Assembly: GCA_963762565.1 (NCBI GenBank)
Contig: CAVXLD010000003.1
Span: 640,001 to 704,000, forward strand
Source of the DNA: an uncultured Verrucomicrobiae bacterium
GTDB taxonomy: Bacteria > Verrucomicrobiota > Verrucomicrobiia > Chthoniobacterales > JAFAMB01
Length of the DNA stretch: 64,000 nt
Direction: 5' to 3'
Of the stretch, positions 1 to 9,699 are shown piece by piece; position 1 is the stretch's first letter; every line of letters begins with the position of its first letter. The notes beneath the pieces are model-generated. The model was not told where the DNA came from and ran no database searches. It saw only the letters and a program-made list of their open reading frames with translations. A program made the translations under genes and the position numbers.

Positions 1-1
1 A

Positions 2-1498
2 TCATATAATGGCTTGAGCTCTTTCGATGGCTCGGAACAGAGCCATCGCTTTATTGACGCATTCCTGGTATTCCGATTCGGGAACCGAATCCGCGACCAC
101 GCCGCAACCGGCCTGAGCGAATGCGACACCATCCTTCAACACGATGGTTCTGAGGGCGATGCAGGAGTCCAAATTCCCGTCGAACCCAAAATAGCCGATC
201 GCTCCGGAATAAACCCCTCTTTTTCCCTTCTCGAATTCGTTGATCAGCTGCATGGCCCTTACCTTAGGGGCTCCGGATACCGTTCCGGCCGGGAATGTTG
301 CCCGCATAACGTCGTCAGCATCAGATCCGGACTTCAACAGGCCCTCGATGTTGGAAACGATGTGCATGACATGGCTGTACCGCTCGATGGTCATGAAATC
401 GCTGACCTTAATAGAGCCGAACTCGCAAATCCGCCCGACATCATTTCGGGCCAAATCGACCAGCATGAGGTGTTCGGCTCTCTCTTTTGGATCCTTTAAT
501 AGATCGGCCGCTAACTCCTGGTCTTCTTCGGGTGTGGCCCCTCTTCGCCGGGTACCAGCCAGCGGCCGGATCTCGACTTTCCGATCACGAAGCCGGACAT
601 GCACTTCTGGTGAACTGCCCACTAGGGAGAAATTCTCCCCGAGCCGCAGATAAAACATATACGGAGAGGGGTTCACGAAGCGCAGAGCGCGGTAGAGTGA
701 GATGGGACTACCGCTATAGTTGGCTTGGAACCGCTGCGAAGGAACGATCTGAAACACGTCCCCTGCCCGGATATGTTCCTGACAACGCCGAACAATATCG
801 CAGAAGTCCTCCTTGCTGGTGTTCGATTGCGGCGAAAGATTGGGTGCAACCTGGGCCGCGTTCATCAGCCGGGGATGGGTGGGGGATTCTAACCGCTCCA
901 CGATCTTGGCGATTTTGGCCCCGGCCTCCTCATAAGCGACCTCCGGACCTCTCTCATCAATGAAAGCCGGCGCAAAAATCTTCAGCCGCCGGTACCGATG
1001 ATCGAATACCAGGAACGTGTCGGTAATTATAAATACCGAATCTGGAACATTCAGTTGGTCGGGCGGGGAGGGCGACACCGTTGTCTCGAAAAAGCGGACC
1101 ACATCGTAGCCGATGTAGCCGACCGCTCCCCCAACGAACGGAGGTAGTCCCGGGTATTCGACAAACGAATACCGGCTCATGAGCTTCCGCAGCTCGGCTA
1201 ACGGATCACTATCTGTCTCGAATTCTCGGACGGTCCCGTTCTCCTCGATGCGAATCTTGGAACCCCGGCTCTCGAAGTATACCCGGGGAGAACTCCCCAG
1301 GATCGAATACCGGCCGACGTGATCACTGGTTTCCGCCGACTCCAGCAAAAAAGAGCGCCGCCCGTCGTCGATCTTTTCCAGAACTCCAACCGGAGTTTCG
1401 TAATCGGCGACGAACTCGGTGTAAACAGGGACCAACTTCCCGCGCTCAGCAAGTTTGAGGAATGCTTCCCTGGGGGGATTGAGTGGAGCCGTGGTCAT
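2..1498 (-). CDS. trpE: Anthranilate synthase component I
   Basis: Motifs [62 protein letters not shown]. The stop overlaps an ATG (ATGA at 5-2), compatible with a coupled downstream gene such as trpG outside the window. Confidence 0.95.
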   Translation of the reverse strand: MTTAPLNPPREAFLKLAERGKLVPVYTEFVADYETPVGVLEKIDDGRRSFLLESAETSDHVGRYSILGSSPRVYFESRGSKIRIEENGTVREFETDSDPLAELRKLMSRYSFVEYPGLPPFVGGAVGYIGYDVVRFFETTVSPSPPDQLNVPDSVFIITDTFLVFDHRYRRLKIFAPAFIDERGPEVAYEEAGAKIAKIVERLESPTHPRLMNAAQVAPNLSPQSNTSKEDFCDIVRRCQEHIRAGDVFQIVPSQRFQANYSGSPISLYRALRFVNPSPYMFYLRLGENFSLVGSSPEVHVRLRDRKVEIRPLAGTRRRGATPEEDQELAADLLKDPKERAEHLMLVDLARNDVGRICEFGSIKVSDFMTIERYSHVMHIVSNIEGLLKSGSDADDVMRATFPAGTVSGAPKVRAMQLINEFEKGKRGVYSGAIGYFGFDGNLDSCIALRTIVLKDGVAFAQAGCGVVADSVPESEYQECVNKAMALFRAIERAQAII

Positions 1499-1878
1499 TC
1501 TTTATAAACCTCAGTCGGGTCAAAAACCTTCTCTTCTTTCGTTTCTTTGGGTTGCCCTTGCAAATCGAGCTCTTGAAAGAAACAGGACCGATAACCGGTG
1601 TGACAAGCGCCCGCCACTTGTTCAACCTCGAAAAGGAGTGTGTCCCGATCACAATCGGTAAACCAGCGCACAACCTTTTGTTTGTGGCCGCTCGTCTCTC
1701 CTTTGAGCCAAAGCTTTTGCCGGGACCGGCTCCAAAAGTGCATAAACCCGGTCTCCAAAGTCCTATCGAGGGAGTCTCTGTTCATCCAGCCCATCATCAG
1801 CACCCGGCCCGGGGCGTCTGCTTCGCGAACAATGGCTGGAATAAGCCCATCCTTAGAGTATCGAAAATCGAGGTTCAT
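1495..1878 (-). CDS. hisI: Phosphoribosyl-AMP cyclohydrolase
   Basis: [50 protein letters not shown]. Start refined to ATG at 1878; overlaps the trpE start by 4 nt. Confidence 0.95.
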   Translation of the reverse strand: MNLDFRYSKDGLIPAIVREADAPGRVLMMGWMNRDSLDRTLETGFMHFWSRSRQKLWLKGETSGHKQKVVRWFTDCDRDTLLFEVEQVAGACHTGYRSCFFQELDLQGQPKETKEEKVFDPTEVYKE

Positions 1879-1980
1879 TTTATTCGAGAAGGGCAGCCAC
1901 GGAAGTCCGAACGCCGCCAAATTTGGAGAAATTGTCCCTTACCTCAGGGCAACGACTAGCGCAAGAGTGGGGGAGGATTG

Positions 1981-2022
1981 CGTATGGGCGTGCCGGCGTA
2001 TGGGCGTATCGGCGTGTGGGCG
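1981..2022. repeat. Octamer tandem repeat (GTATGGGC/GTATCGGC) x5
   Basis: cgtatgggcgtgccggcgtatgggcgtatcggcgtgtgggcg; the same unit recurs at about 22692-22720 and 39029-39062. Confidence 0.85.
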
Positions 2023-2049
2023 AAACGACTGGATGGGTGAGCAGGCTTT

Positions 2050-2265
2050 GGTGGGGCGAGGCTCCCGAACGACGATTGGCTTTCGCAGCGTTGGGATCTT
2101 TGCAAACCGGTTGGTGACCAACACCGATTGGCGTGCCGAGCCGCGCTCGACGGTAGCAAACCATGGGACCGGCTCGGCCCGTTATTCGGCCTGGCCACCC
2201 GAAGGGTCGGAAATCATCACGAGCGCTGCGAAGCCGACGTGAACGTTCGGGAGCCTCGCCCAACC
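2050..2265. repeat. REP-doublet-like palindrome, family 1, copy a
   Basis: Arms GGTGGGGCGAGGCTCCCGAACG / CGTTCGGGAGCCTCGCCCAACC (21 of 22 complementary), with inner GCCGAGCCG / CGGCTCGGC. Confidence 0.85.
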
Positions 2266-2290
2266 TAATGAAAAATCTGCTTTTCATTAG
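2265..2290. promoter_or_regulatory. AT-rich perfect inverted repeat, candidate operator upstream of the cox/qcr operon
   Basis: CTAATGAAAA-ATCTGC-TTTTCATTAG, about 110 bp before the coxB start. Confidence 0.4.
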
Positions 2291-2400
2291 AAAAACTAAT
2301 GGACGGATGGAGCAGTCCATGAAAATAAAAAATGCGCGCGTAATACCAAGGTGTTGGTTGCTACGCGAGGCAAGCGTGGGTAAGAGTCAGAACAAGTATC

Positions 2401-3498
2401 GTGCTCAACCATCAATACACCAGGTACTCGCTTGCGATACGTGGCTCAGGACGAGGCTGGGTGCTCTTGGGTTTTACGGTCGCGGCATTTGTCGGGTTCC
2501 TTTCATTGGCGCCCGTTGCTCGGGCTCAGGATTCAACAATCCGGGCAATCCAAAACATTTTTGATCCACTATCGGCGCCAGCCGAGACGCTTTACTCAAT
2601 CTCGCTATTGGTGCTGGCGGTTTGTGCCGGGATTTTTCTGATCGTGGGCGGACTGCTAACCTACGCGATTATCCGGTATCGGCGTCGGGGTCCGGAGGAC
2701 GACCATGAAGAACCCCCGCAGGTTTACGGCAGCGCGGCGATTGAGCTCGCGTGGACGGTGCCGCCAATCTTGATCGTGGTGATGTTGGTTTTGGTCACCG
2801 CTCGGACGATTGGTGAAATCGAACATCATCAGATGCCGCCGGCAGCCGAACAAATTCGCGTCATAGGACACCGTTTCTGGTGGGAGATCCGTTATCCTAA
2901 ACATGGCGTTGTGACGGCTAACGAAATTCATGTGCCGCTCAGTGACCGTAAAAATCGAGTGCCCACGGAAATGATTCTGGAGTCGGCCGACGTGATCCAC
3001 GGATTTTGGGTACCCCAGTTAAATGGGAAAACCATGTTGGTTCCGAACTACCGAAATACGATGTGGATCGAGCCCTATTCCACGGGCATCTATTTGGGAA
3101 ACTGCACTGTTCTCTGCGGGCAGCAACACGCCAACATGTTAATCCGGGTCATAGTGGATAAACCGGACGTCTATCAAAAATGGCTGGAGTCGCAGAAGCA
3201 GGCCCCGGCGCCTGATCCGCAAACTGCGGAGGGGCAAAAGCAGTTTATCGCGAATTCGTGCGGGACCTGCCACACCATTGACGGTCTGCGCGGAGCCAAC
3301 GGCGTATTTGCTCCGGACTTAACGCATTTCGCCAGTCGCGCAACCCTTGGATCGGGGGTGGCGCCCAACGATGAACAGAATCTGCGAACCTGGGTAAAGG
3401 ATCCGCAGACCCTAAAAGCCGGCTGTCTCATGCCGAACATGCAACTCTCAGATAAACAAGTTGACGCGATTGTGGCTTATCTCCGAACCCTCAAGTGA
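2401..3498 (+). CDS. coxB: Cytochrome c oxidase subunit II with C-terminal cytochrome c (caa3 type)
   Basis: IELAWTVPP, SADVIHGFWVPQL, CuA motif CTVLCGQQHANM, heme c CGTCH, APDLTH. GTG start is uncertain. Confidence 0.93.
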   Translation: MLNHQYTRYSLAIRGSGRGWVLLGFTVAAFVGFLSLAPVARAQDSTIRAIQNIFDPLSAPAETLYSISLLVLAVCAGIFLIVGGLLTYAIIRYRRRGPEDDHEEPPQVYGSAAIELAWTVPPILIVVMLVLVTARTIGEIEHHQMPPAAEQIRVIGHRFWWEIRYPKHGVVTANEIHVPLSDRKNRVPTEMILESADVIHGFWVPQLNGKTMLVPNYRNTMWIEPYSTGIYLGNCTVLCGQQHANMLIRVIVDKPDVYQKWLESQKQAPAPDPQTAEGQKQFIANSCGTCHTIDGLRGANGVFAPDLTHFASRATLGSGVAPNDEQNLRTWVKDPQTLKAGCLMPNMQLSDKQVDAIVAYLRTLK

Positions 3499-3504
3499 CC
3501 CGTT

Positions 3505-5205
3505 ATGGCCAACCCCACTTCCACACTCAAGGAAATAGGAACAGAACTGGCGCCGGCTCCTCCGGGCCAAGAACACGGTTCTCCGACGGCCTGGATTCAG
3601 GACCTGATTTTCACGGTAGATCATAAAAAACTGGGTTTCATGTACCTTGGATCGGGTTGGTTGTTTTTCATTGCCGGCGGGATCCTGGCTGTGCTGATTC
3701 GTACCCAAATAGCGGTACCGAACAATCACTTCCTGGACGGGGAAACCTTTAATGGCGTGATCACGATGCATGGCACCACGATGATCTTTTTCTTCGCGAT
3801 GCTGATGGTGTTCGGGTTAATCAACTACATCGTGCCGCTCCAGATCGGCGCTAGGGACATGGCGTTTCCGCGTCTAAACGCGTTTTCATTTTGGGCGTCG
3901 TTTTTTGGAGGCGTCTTTCTTTTTACGAGTTACATCTTTGGTCCCGGTCTATATGGGACCGGTGCGGCCCCGGACGCCTCCTGGTTTGCGTTAGCCCCCC
4001 TGACTTCCCGGGCTTTTTCGCCAGGGAATAACATTGATTTTTGGTCGCTGGGGCTGCTGGTCAGCGGCGTTGGCAGTATCACGGGCGGCGTCAACATCAT
4101 GGTCACAATCTTCTGCTATCGCACGAAGGGCATGACCCTTTACCGGATGCCGCTGTTCACCTGGTTGGCCCTGGTGACGATGTTTCTGGTGATCATGTTT
4201 ATGCCGCCGCTATCCGCCGCCCAAATCATGTTGGTCCTGGAACGATTCTTCGGTGCGAAATTCTTCGAGGCTCAAGCCGGCGGGTCGCCCGTTTTATGGC
4301 AACACTTTTTCTGGATCTTCGGTCATCCGGAGGTCTACATCCTGGTATTACCCGCCTTTGGAGTTATTTCGGAAGTGATCCCGGTGTTTTCGCGAAAGCC
4401 GATTTTCGGCTACCCGATGATGGTGGCGGCGAGCGTAATGATTGGTTTTATCAGCGCGGGCGTATGGGCCCACCATATGTTCACGATCGGGATGGACTCT
4501 TTCAGTGTTACCTTCTTCGCTTTTGCCACTTTCGTCATTGCGATCCCAACTGGTATTAAGATCTTCAATTGGCTTGGGACCATGTTCGGCGGGAAAATAC
4601 GGTTAGAAATTCCGATGCTTTTTTGCATCGCCTTTTTGTTCCAGTTTCTCATCGCCGGATTGACCGGCATCATGTTGGGATGCGCGCCCTTTGATTGGCA
4701 GCTCAACGATTCGTACTTTGTTATCGCTCACTTTCACTATGTCATTGTTGGTGGGATCGTTTTTGGGGTCTTTGCCGGCTTCTACTATTGGTTTCCTAAA
4801 GCGACAGGCCGAATGCTAGACAAGCGGTTAGGAATTTGGCATTTCTGGCTGTTCACCATCGGGTTCCATCTCACCTTCGATCCGCAGCACTTCTTAGGTT
4901 TTCTGGGTATGCCCCGCCGGATCTACACCTACCAGGAAGGGCGAGGCTGGGAGTTCCTCAATATGCTCTCCACCATCGGCGCGTTCATCCAAGCCGTCGG
5001 CGCGATCATCTTCATCGTGAACATGATCTATTCAGCTCGAAAGGGAAAGATTGCCGGGGACGACCCTTGGGATGCTTGGACGCTGGAGTGGATGACGTCG
5101 TCGCCGCCGCCCGACTACAATTTCGAACAGCTACCAGAAGTGCGCAGCCGGCGTCCACTCTGGGATTTAAAACACCCTGAAGATCCGGATTGGAAGTTTG
5201 AGTAA
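3505..5205 (+). CDS. coxA: Cytochrome c oxidase subunit I (A1 type)
   Basis: DHKKLG, MHGTTMIF, GARDMAFPRLN, WIFGHPEVY, WAHHMF, AHFHYV, GMPRR. Confidence 0.97.
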   Translation: MANPTSTLKEIGTELAPAPPGQEHGSPTAWIQDLIFTVDHKKLGFMYLGSGWLFFIAGGILAVLIRTQIAVPNNHFLDGETFNGVITMHGTTMIFFFAMLMVFGLINYIVPLQIGARDMAFPRLNAFSFWASFFGGVFLFTSYIFGPGLYGTGAAPDASWFALAPLTSRAFSPGNNIDFWSLGLLVSGVGSITGGVNIMVTIFCYRTKGMTLYRMPLFTWLALVTMFLVIMFMPPLSAAQIMLVLERFFGAKFFEAQAGGSPVLWQHFFWIFGHPEVYILVLPAFGVISEVIPVFSRKPIFGYPMMVAASVMIGFISAGVWAHHMFTIGMDSFSVTFFAFATFVIAIPTGIKIFNWLGTMFGGKIRLEIPMLFCIAFLFQFLIAGLTGIMLGCAPFDWQLNDSYFVIAHFHYVIVGGIVFGVFAGFYYWFPKATGRMLDKRLGIWHFWLFTIGFHLTFDPQHFLGFLGMPRRIYTYQEGRGWEFLNMLSTIGAFIQAVGAIIFIVNMIYSARKGKIAGDDPWDAWTLEWMTSSPPPDYNFEQLPEVRSRRPLWDLKHPEDPDWKFE

Positions 5206-5223
5206 CCATCAATTACCGAATTT

Positions 5224-5817
5224 GTGAGCACTGAACTATTAGCAACGGCCGAAACGGAGTGGCAATTACCGTCTCCACGAAAAGTCGGGTTAATCCTGGT
5301 GATCCTGACTGAGTCTGCGCTGTTCACTATCTTCGTGGTGGCGTACTTGTTTTACATTGGGAAGAGTTTGAATCCGCCCTATCCGAAGGAGGTCTTAGAG
5401 TTTCCTTGGCTGGGATCGTTCTTTCTGTTTTCCAGCAGTGGAACCGTGGTGGTTGCAGAGCAGCGGCTAAAAAAGGGGGACAAGACCGGCTTTCACCTTT
5501 GGTGGGGGATCACCGCGCTATTAGGCCTGGGATTTTTGATCTATACCGGCACCGAGTGGTACGGCCTGATCTATCACGATCATCTGACTCTAAGCACCAA
5601 CCTGTTTGGCTCTACTTTTTATTCCCTGGTTGGCCTGCACGCGAGTCATGTGATCGTTGGTTTGATATTACTCACCCTGATCTTAGTGGCCAGTTTGACT
5701 GGTAACATCCAGGAACGCCACCACGAGCACATTGAGATGATCTCCTGGTACTGGCATTTCGTGGACGGGATCTGGGCCGTGGTTGTGACGGTAGTTTACA
5801 TCATCGGGATGCAATAA
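5224..5817 (+). CDS. coxC: Cytochrome c oxidase subunit III (short form)
   Basis: TESALF, FYSLVGLHASHV, WYWHFVDGIW. Confidence 0.92.
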   Translation: MSTELLATAETEWQLPSPRKVGLILVILTESALFTIFVVAYLFYIGKSLNPPYPKEVLEFPWLGSFFLFSSSGTVVVAEQRLKKGDKTGFHLWWGITALLGLGFLIYTGTEWYGLIYHDHLTLSTNLFGSTFYSLVGLHASHVIVGLILLTLILVASLTGNIQERHHEHIEMISWYWHFVDGIWAVVVTVVYIIGMQ

Positions 5818-5824
5818 ATCGCCA

Positions 5825-6673
5825 ATGGAAACCGAACATCATTCTGAGCATCAGAACGCCGAGGGCGTGGAACTACCGACCCCTACTGCTTGGCCGATGA
5901 TCGCCGCGCTAGGGATCATGTTGATAGCGGGCGGATTCGTCACCAGCATTGTAGTTTCGATGGTTGGATTTCTTCTAGGACTTATTGGAGGGATCGGTTG
6001 GTTTCGTGCCCTATTCCCGTTACCGAGTCACGAATTTGTGCCGTTTGTGGAGCCGGCCAAACGACCAGCAGCGATCAAGGTCTCACCCCGCCGTATCAGT
6101 CACTTGTCATTAGGGATGGGGGGACACCGGGCCTACTACCCGCTCCGGGTTCACCGATATTCATCGGGGATCACTGGGGGATTAGCCGGCGGAGCCGCTA
6201 TGGCGGTGTTAGCCATGCTCTATGGCCTGATATTTGAGCATAGCATCTGGTACCCGATTAACTTGTTAGCGGCTGCTGGGCTTCCGACGATGGAGACAGC
6301 GAACGTGGCGACGCTGAACGAGTTTCATTTATCTGCTTTTATCATTGCGGTACTGAGCCATGGAGTTTTGTCGATCCTGGTTGGGATGCTCTACACCGTA
6401 CTTCTGCCGATGTTACCCGCGCGTTACGAATGGTTCTGGGGAGGGATTATTATTCCCCTGATTTGGACGGCGATGCTGTTTCCGATGTTCGATATCGTTA
6501 ATCCAGCGTTAGCTATTCACGTGAATTGGTTCTGGTTTATTATCTGCCAGATTTCGTTTGGCCTCGTTGGTGGTTACGTAGTCTTCAAGTCACAAAAGGT
6601 CGAGACGATGCAAACCTGGTCGCTAGCGGCCCGCATGGGTGTGCACGCAATGGAAGCCGAAGAAGAGCAATGA
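5825..6673 (+). CDS. Polytopic membrane protein with an N-terminal region resembling oxidase subunit IV
   Basis: LPTPTAWPMIAALG followed by about 7 hydrophobic segments; lies within the oxidase operon. Confidence 0.6.
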   Translation: METEHHSEHQNAEGVELPTPTAWPMIAALGIMLIAGGFVTSIVVSMVGFLLGLIGGIGWFRALFPLPSHEFVPFVEPAKRPAAIKVSPRRISHLSLGMGGHRAYYPLRVHRYSSGITGGLAGGAAMAVLAMLYGLIFEHSIWYPINLLAAAGLPTMETANVATLNEFHLSAFIIAVLSHGVLSILVGMLYTVLLPMLPARYEWFWGGIIIPLIWTAMLFPMFDIVNPALAIHVNWFWFIICQISFGLVGGYVVFKSQKVETMQTWSLAARMGVHAMEAEEEQ

Positions 6674-7395
6674 ACTTCTCCTGGCCAAGCATTTTGTTCT
6701 ACGCCTGTTCAGCGGCCGGCCTCTTAACGGTTTCCGGGTGCGATCAACTGCCTGGTAAACCTAAGGAGAGCGATCGTTGGCAGCCGCCGGAAGCGGTCAA
6801 GGACTTTAAGACTCTCTTTGGCACCAACTGCAGCGCCTGTCATGGCGACGACGCGGCGATTGGGCCGGCCCTCTCCGTGCAGAATCCTCTTTTTTTAGCA
6901 GTGATCCCAAAAGACATACTGAGGAAGATCATCGCTGACGGAATCAAGGGAACTCCGATGCAGGGATTCGCCAAGGCCAACGGAGGTGATCTGACTGACG
7001 AGCAAATAGACATTTTAGCTAACAACCTGACTAGCAAAGCCGTTCAACAACCGAACTTGCCTGCCTATTCCGCCCCGCTGGGAGACGCCAACCACGGGTC
7101 AGAAGTGTACAATCAATATTGTGCGAACTGTCATGGTCAAGCTGGCCAGGGAGGAAAAGCCGGCTCGCTCGTTAACCCTGACTACCTGCATTTGGTTTCC
7201 GACCAATACTTACGAAGCGTCATCATTGCCGGCCGGCCCGAGCTAGGCATGCCGAACTACCAAGAATTTGTAAAAGACCATCCAATGTCGTCAGAAGAGA
7301 TTGCGGATGTCGTCGCTTGGTTGGCTTCACATCGGCTAACCGCCGAGGAAGCCAATGCAGCTGTTTCACCAACCGCGAACGCTTCTTCTCAATAG
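6670..7395 (+). CDS. Diheme cytochrome c, probable lipoprotein (QcrC-like role)
   Basis: CSACH and CANCH motifs, lipobox-like LLTVSGC; ATG overlaps the upstream TGA. Confidence 0.85.
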   Translation: MNFSWPSILFYACSAAGLLTVSGCDQLPGKPKESDRWQPPEAVKDFKTLFGTNCSACHGDDAAIGPALSVQNPLFLAVIPKDILRKIIADGIKGTPMQGFAKANGGDLTDEQIDILANNLTSKAVQQPNLPAYSAPLGDANHGSEVYNQYCANCHGQAGQGGKAGSLVNPDYLHLVSDQYLRSVIIAGRPELGMPNYQEFVKDHPMSSEEIADVVAWLASHRLTAEEANAAVSPTANASSQ

Positions 7396-7398
7396 ACC

Positions 7399-7944
7399 AT
7401 GGCTAGCGATCCAAACGAAGGTAGTGCACACGAAATTCCCAAGTACGATTGGAAGGAAACGCGGCGCGATTTCTTGCTGAAGCTGGGTATAGGTATTAAC
7501 GCGGTCGCCGGCGCGCTCATTGCTATTCCAATCGTCGGTTACTTTATTTCTGCCATCGTTGAAAAGAAGTCGCCGACCTGGATATCACTTGGGTCTATCG
7601 ACCAATTCCCTGAAGAATCCACCCGGATGGCGGTTTTTATTAACCCCTACCGCACGCAGGCGGATGGCAACACCGCTCATATCCCTTGCTGGGTAAAGCG
7701 GATGCAAGGTGAGAATTTCACGGTTTTTGCGGTCAATTGCACTCACCTCGGCTGTCCCGTCCGTTGGTTCGAGCAATCAAAGTTATTTCTCTGCCCTTGT
7801 CACGGAGGAGCCTACTATGAAGACGGCAGCCGCGCGGCGGGTCCGCCTCCCCGGGGTCTGTACGTCTACGAACACAAGGTAGAAAAAGGTGATTTGGTTA
7901 TCAAAGCCGGCGTCCTGCCAACCCTGGCGGATCCTAATGCTTAG
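7399..7944 (+). CDS. qcrA: Rieske [2Fe-2S] subunit of quinol:cytochrome c reductase
   Basis: Tat motif TRRDFLLK, CTHLGC, CPCHG, GPPPRGL. Confidence 0.92.
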   Translation: MASDPNEGSAHEIPKYDWKETRRDFLLKLGIGINAVAGALIAIPIVGYFISAIVEKKSPTWISLGSIDQFPEESTRMAVFINPYRTQADGNTAHIPCWVKRMQGENFTVFAVNCTHLGCPVRWFEQSKLFLCPCHGGAYYEDGSRAAGPPPRGLYVYEHKVEKGDLVIKAGVLPTLADPNA

Positions 7945-7947
7945 GTC

Positions 7948-9468
7948 ATGTCTATGATGACGACGCTAAAAAATATCGCGCTTTGGTTCGAAAGCAGGTT
8001 GCATCTAGTCAAACTCTACGAGCAGACCGCCGGGCACCCAGTTCCCAAGAGCACAGGAAGCTGGTTTTATACTTTCGGCAGCATGACGCTGACCTGTTTT
8101 GTCATCCAGATTGTGACCGGCATCTTTCTGGCGATGGCCTACGTCCCGTCTGCCGCCGAGGCCTACCGTACCCTGGAACTGCTTAACTATACTTACCCGT
8201 TGGGCTGGGTTATGCGAGGCATGCATTACTGGGGCTCGACCATGATGGTCATCGTCATGATGTGCCACATGACTCAAGTATTCCTATGGGGCGCTTATAA
8301 GTATCCGCGTGAACTCACTTGGATAACCGGCTGTGTGCTGTTGGTTTTGACACTCGGCTTAGCGTTTAGCGGCCAAGTCATGCGGTTCGATGCCGACGCT
8401 TATTGGGGTGTCGGGATCGGCGCTGCGGTTGCCGGGCGCATCCCTTTTATTGGAGATCAGGTGGTCCACCTTTTGTTAGGTGGACCGATTCTCGGGACTG
8501 ACGTTTTGTCCCGTTTCTTTTCTCTGCACGTTTTCATCCTGCCCGGTTCGCTGTTGGCGTTAGTCACTATGCATCTACGCCTGGTTCTCGGGAAAGGAAT
8601 CAATGAGCAGCCTAAGCCGGGAGTGCTGGTAAAACGGGGGACATACGACCAGTATTATCACGGCATACTTAAGCGCGAAGGGATACCGTTCGCAGCCATC
8701 CTTAATAAGGATGTGGTCGCTAACGGGATTCTTCTTCTGGTGATCGTCGGACTCACCCTTTTTGTCGGACCAAAGGGTCCCGGCATTCCAGCGGATCCAT
8801 CATTGGTTATTCCGGATGCGAAGCCGGATTATCCTTTTCTGTGGTTATTTGGTGCTGCGGCCTTATTGCCGAACGGCTCGGAGATTTTTCTTTTCTTCAT
8901 CTTTCCTACCGTCGCGGCGCTTCTGTTATTCGGGCTTCCTTTCATCTCGAATGAAGGGGAAAAGCATTGGCGCCGGCGGCCAGTCGCTGTCGCCACTGTG
9001 ATTCTGACTTTCCTGGGTGTCGGTATGTTGACCTACGAAGGGATGACCGGACCATGGTCACCACACATGGATGCCTGGAGCGGGTTGCCGATAAAGGCGG
9101 AGTACGTGAAGGGTCGCTCGCCGTTAGAACTTCAGGGGGCAGTCGTGTTTCAAGATAAGCAATGCCGGAACTGCCACGCTATCGCCGGCGAAGGAGGGCA
9201 TCGCGGCCCGGATCTGACTCGGGTAGCAACGCGTCTGACCAATCCGCAATTGGTCCGGCAAGTGATCCAAGGCGGGGGTAACATGCCGGCTTTCGGCAGG
9301 AATTTGTCTCCGGAGCAGACACGGGCATTGGTTGCCTATCTCTGTTCGTTGCATCCGCCAAATGTGCCGCCAGCGCGAGAAGCGGTTGGGGTGCTGAAGC
9401 CCATCGGTGAAGCGCAGCCTACGCCAAGTGTCACGCCGGCGGGGGTTGCGGTGAGCAGTGAGAAGTGA
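7948..9468 (+). CDS. qcrB: Cytochrome b fused to a C-terminal cytochrome c
   Basis: QIVTGIFLAMAY, RGMHYWG, CHMTQVF, YKYPRELTWITG, RFFSLHVFILP, C-terminal CRNCH. Confidence 0.93.
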   Translation: MSMMTTLKNIALWFESRLHLVKLYEQTAGHPVPKSTGSWFYTFGSMTLTCFVIQIVTGIFLAMAYVPSAAEAYRTLELLNYTYPLGWVMRGMHYWGSTMMVIVMMCHMTQVFLWGAYKYPRELTWITGCVLLVLTLGLAFSGQVMRFDADAYWGVGIGAAVAGRIPFIGDQVVHLLLGGPILGTDVLSRFFSLHVFILPGSLLALVTMHLRLVLGKGINEQPKPGVLVKRGTYDQYYHGILKREGIPFAAILNKDVVANGILLLVIVGLTLFVGPKGPGIPADPSLVIPDAKPDYPFLWLFGAAALLPNGSEIFLFFIFPTVAALLLFGLPFISNEGEKHWRRRPVAVATVILTFLGVGMLTYEGMTGPWSPHMDAWSGLPIKAEYVKGRSPLELQGAVVFQDKQCRNCHAIAGEGGHRGPDLTRVATRLTNPQLVRQVIQGGGNMPAFGRNLSPEQTRALVAYLCSLHPPNVPPAREAVGVLKPIGEAQPTPSVTPAGVAVSSEK

Positions 9469-9692
9469 GAGGTGAGAAGTGAGAGGTCGGCCGGTGATCG
9501 GAAACTGCGCGTCGAAGTAGTGCGCACTGAGTGTGACGCGGATGGGACCTATAGGACAAATGTGACTTATAGGTCCCATTCGTCCCATAAGTCCTATCCG
9601 CGTCATGCCCAGCATGGTGAGTTGGTCGATGGGTTATCCGTCGGCCCGAACCGCACTTCTCACTTCTCACTAATCACCTCTCACTAATCACT
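9451..9692. repeat. Nested palindrome: heptamer arms (GTGAGAA)n/(TTCTCAC)n around a 9-mer palindrome
   Basis: Outer arms 9451-9486 and 9654-9692; inner TGACGCGGATGGGACCTATAGGAC...GTCCCATAAGTCCTATCCGCGTCA at 9534-9605. Confidence 0.85.
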
Positions 9693-9699
9693 TAAGAAT

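Noticed and set aside
8060..8100. Heme ci attachment site as in cytochrome b6
   Set aside because: The position of the b6 YCLGG Cys reads YTFGS here.
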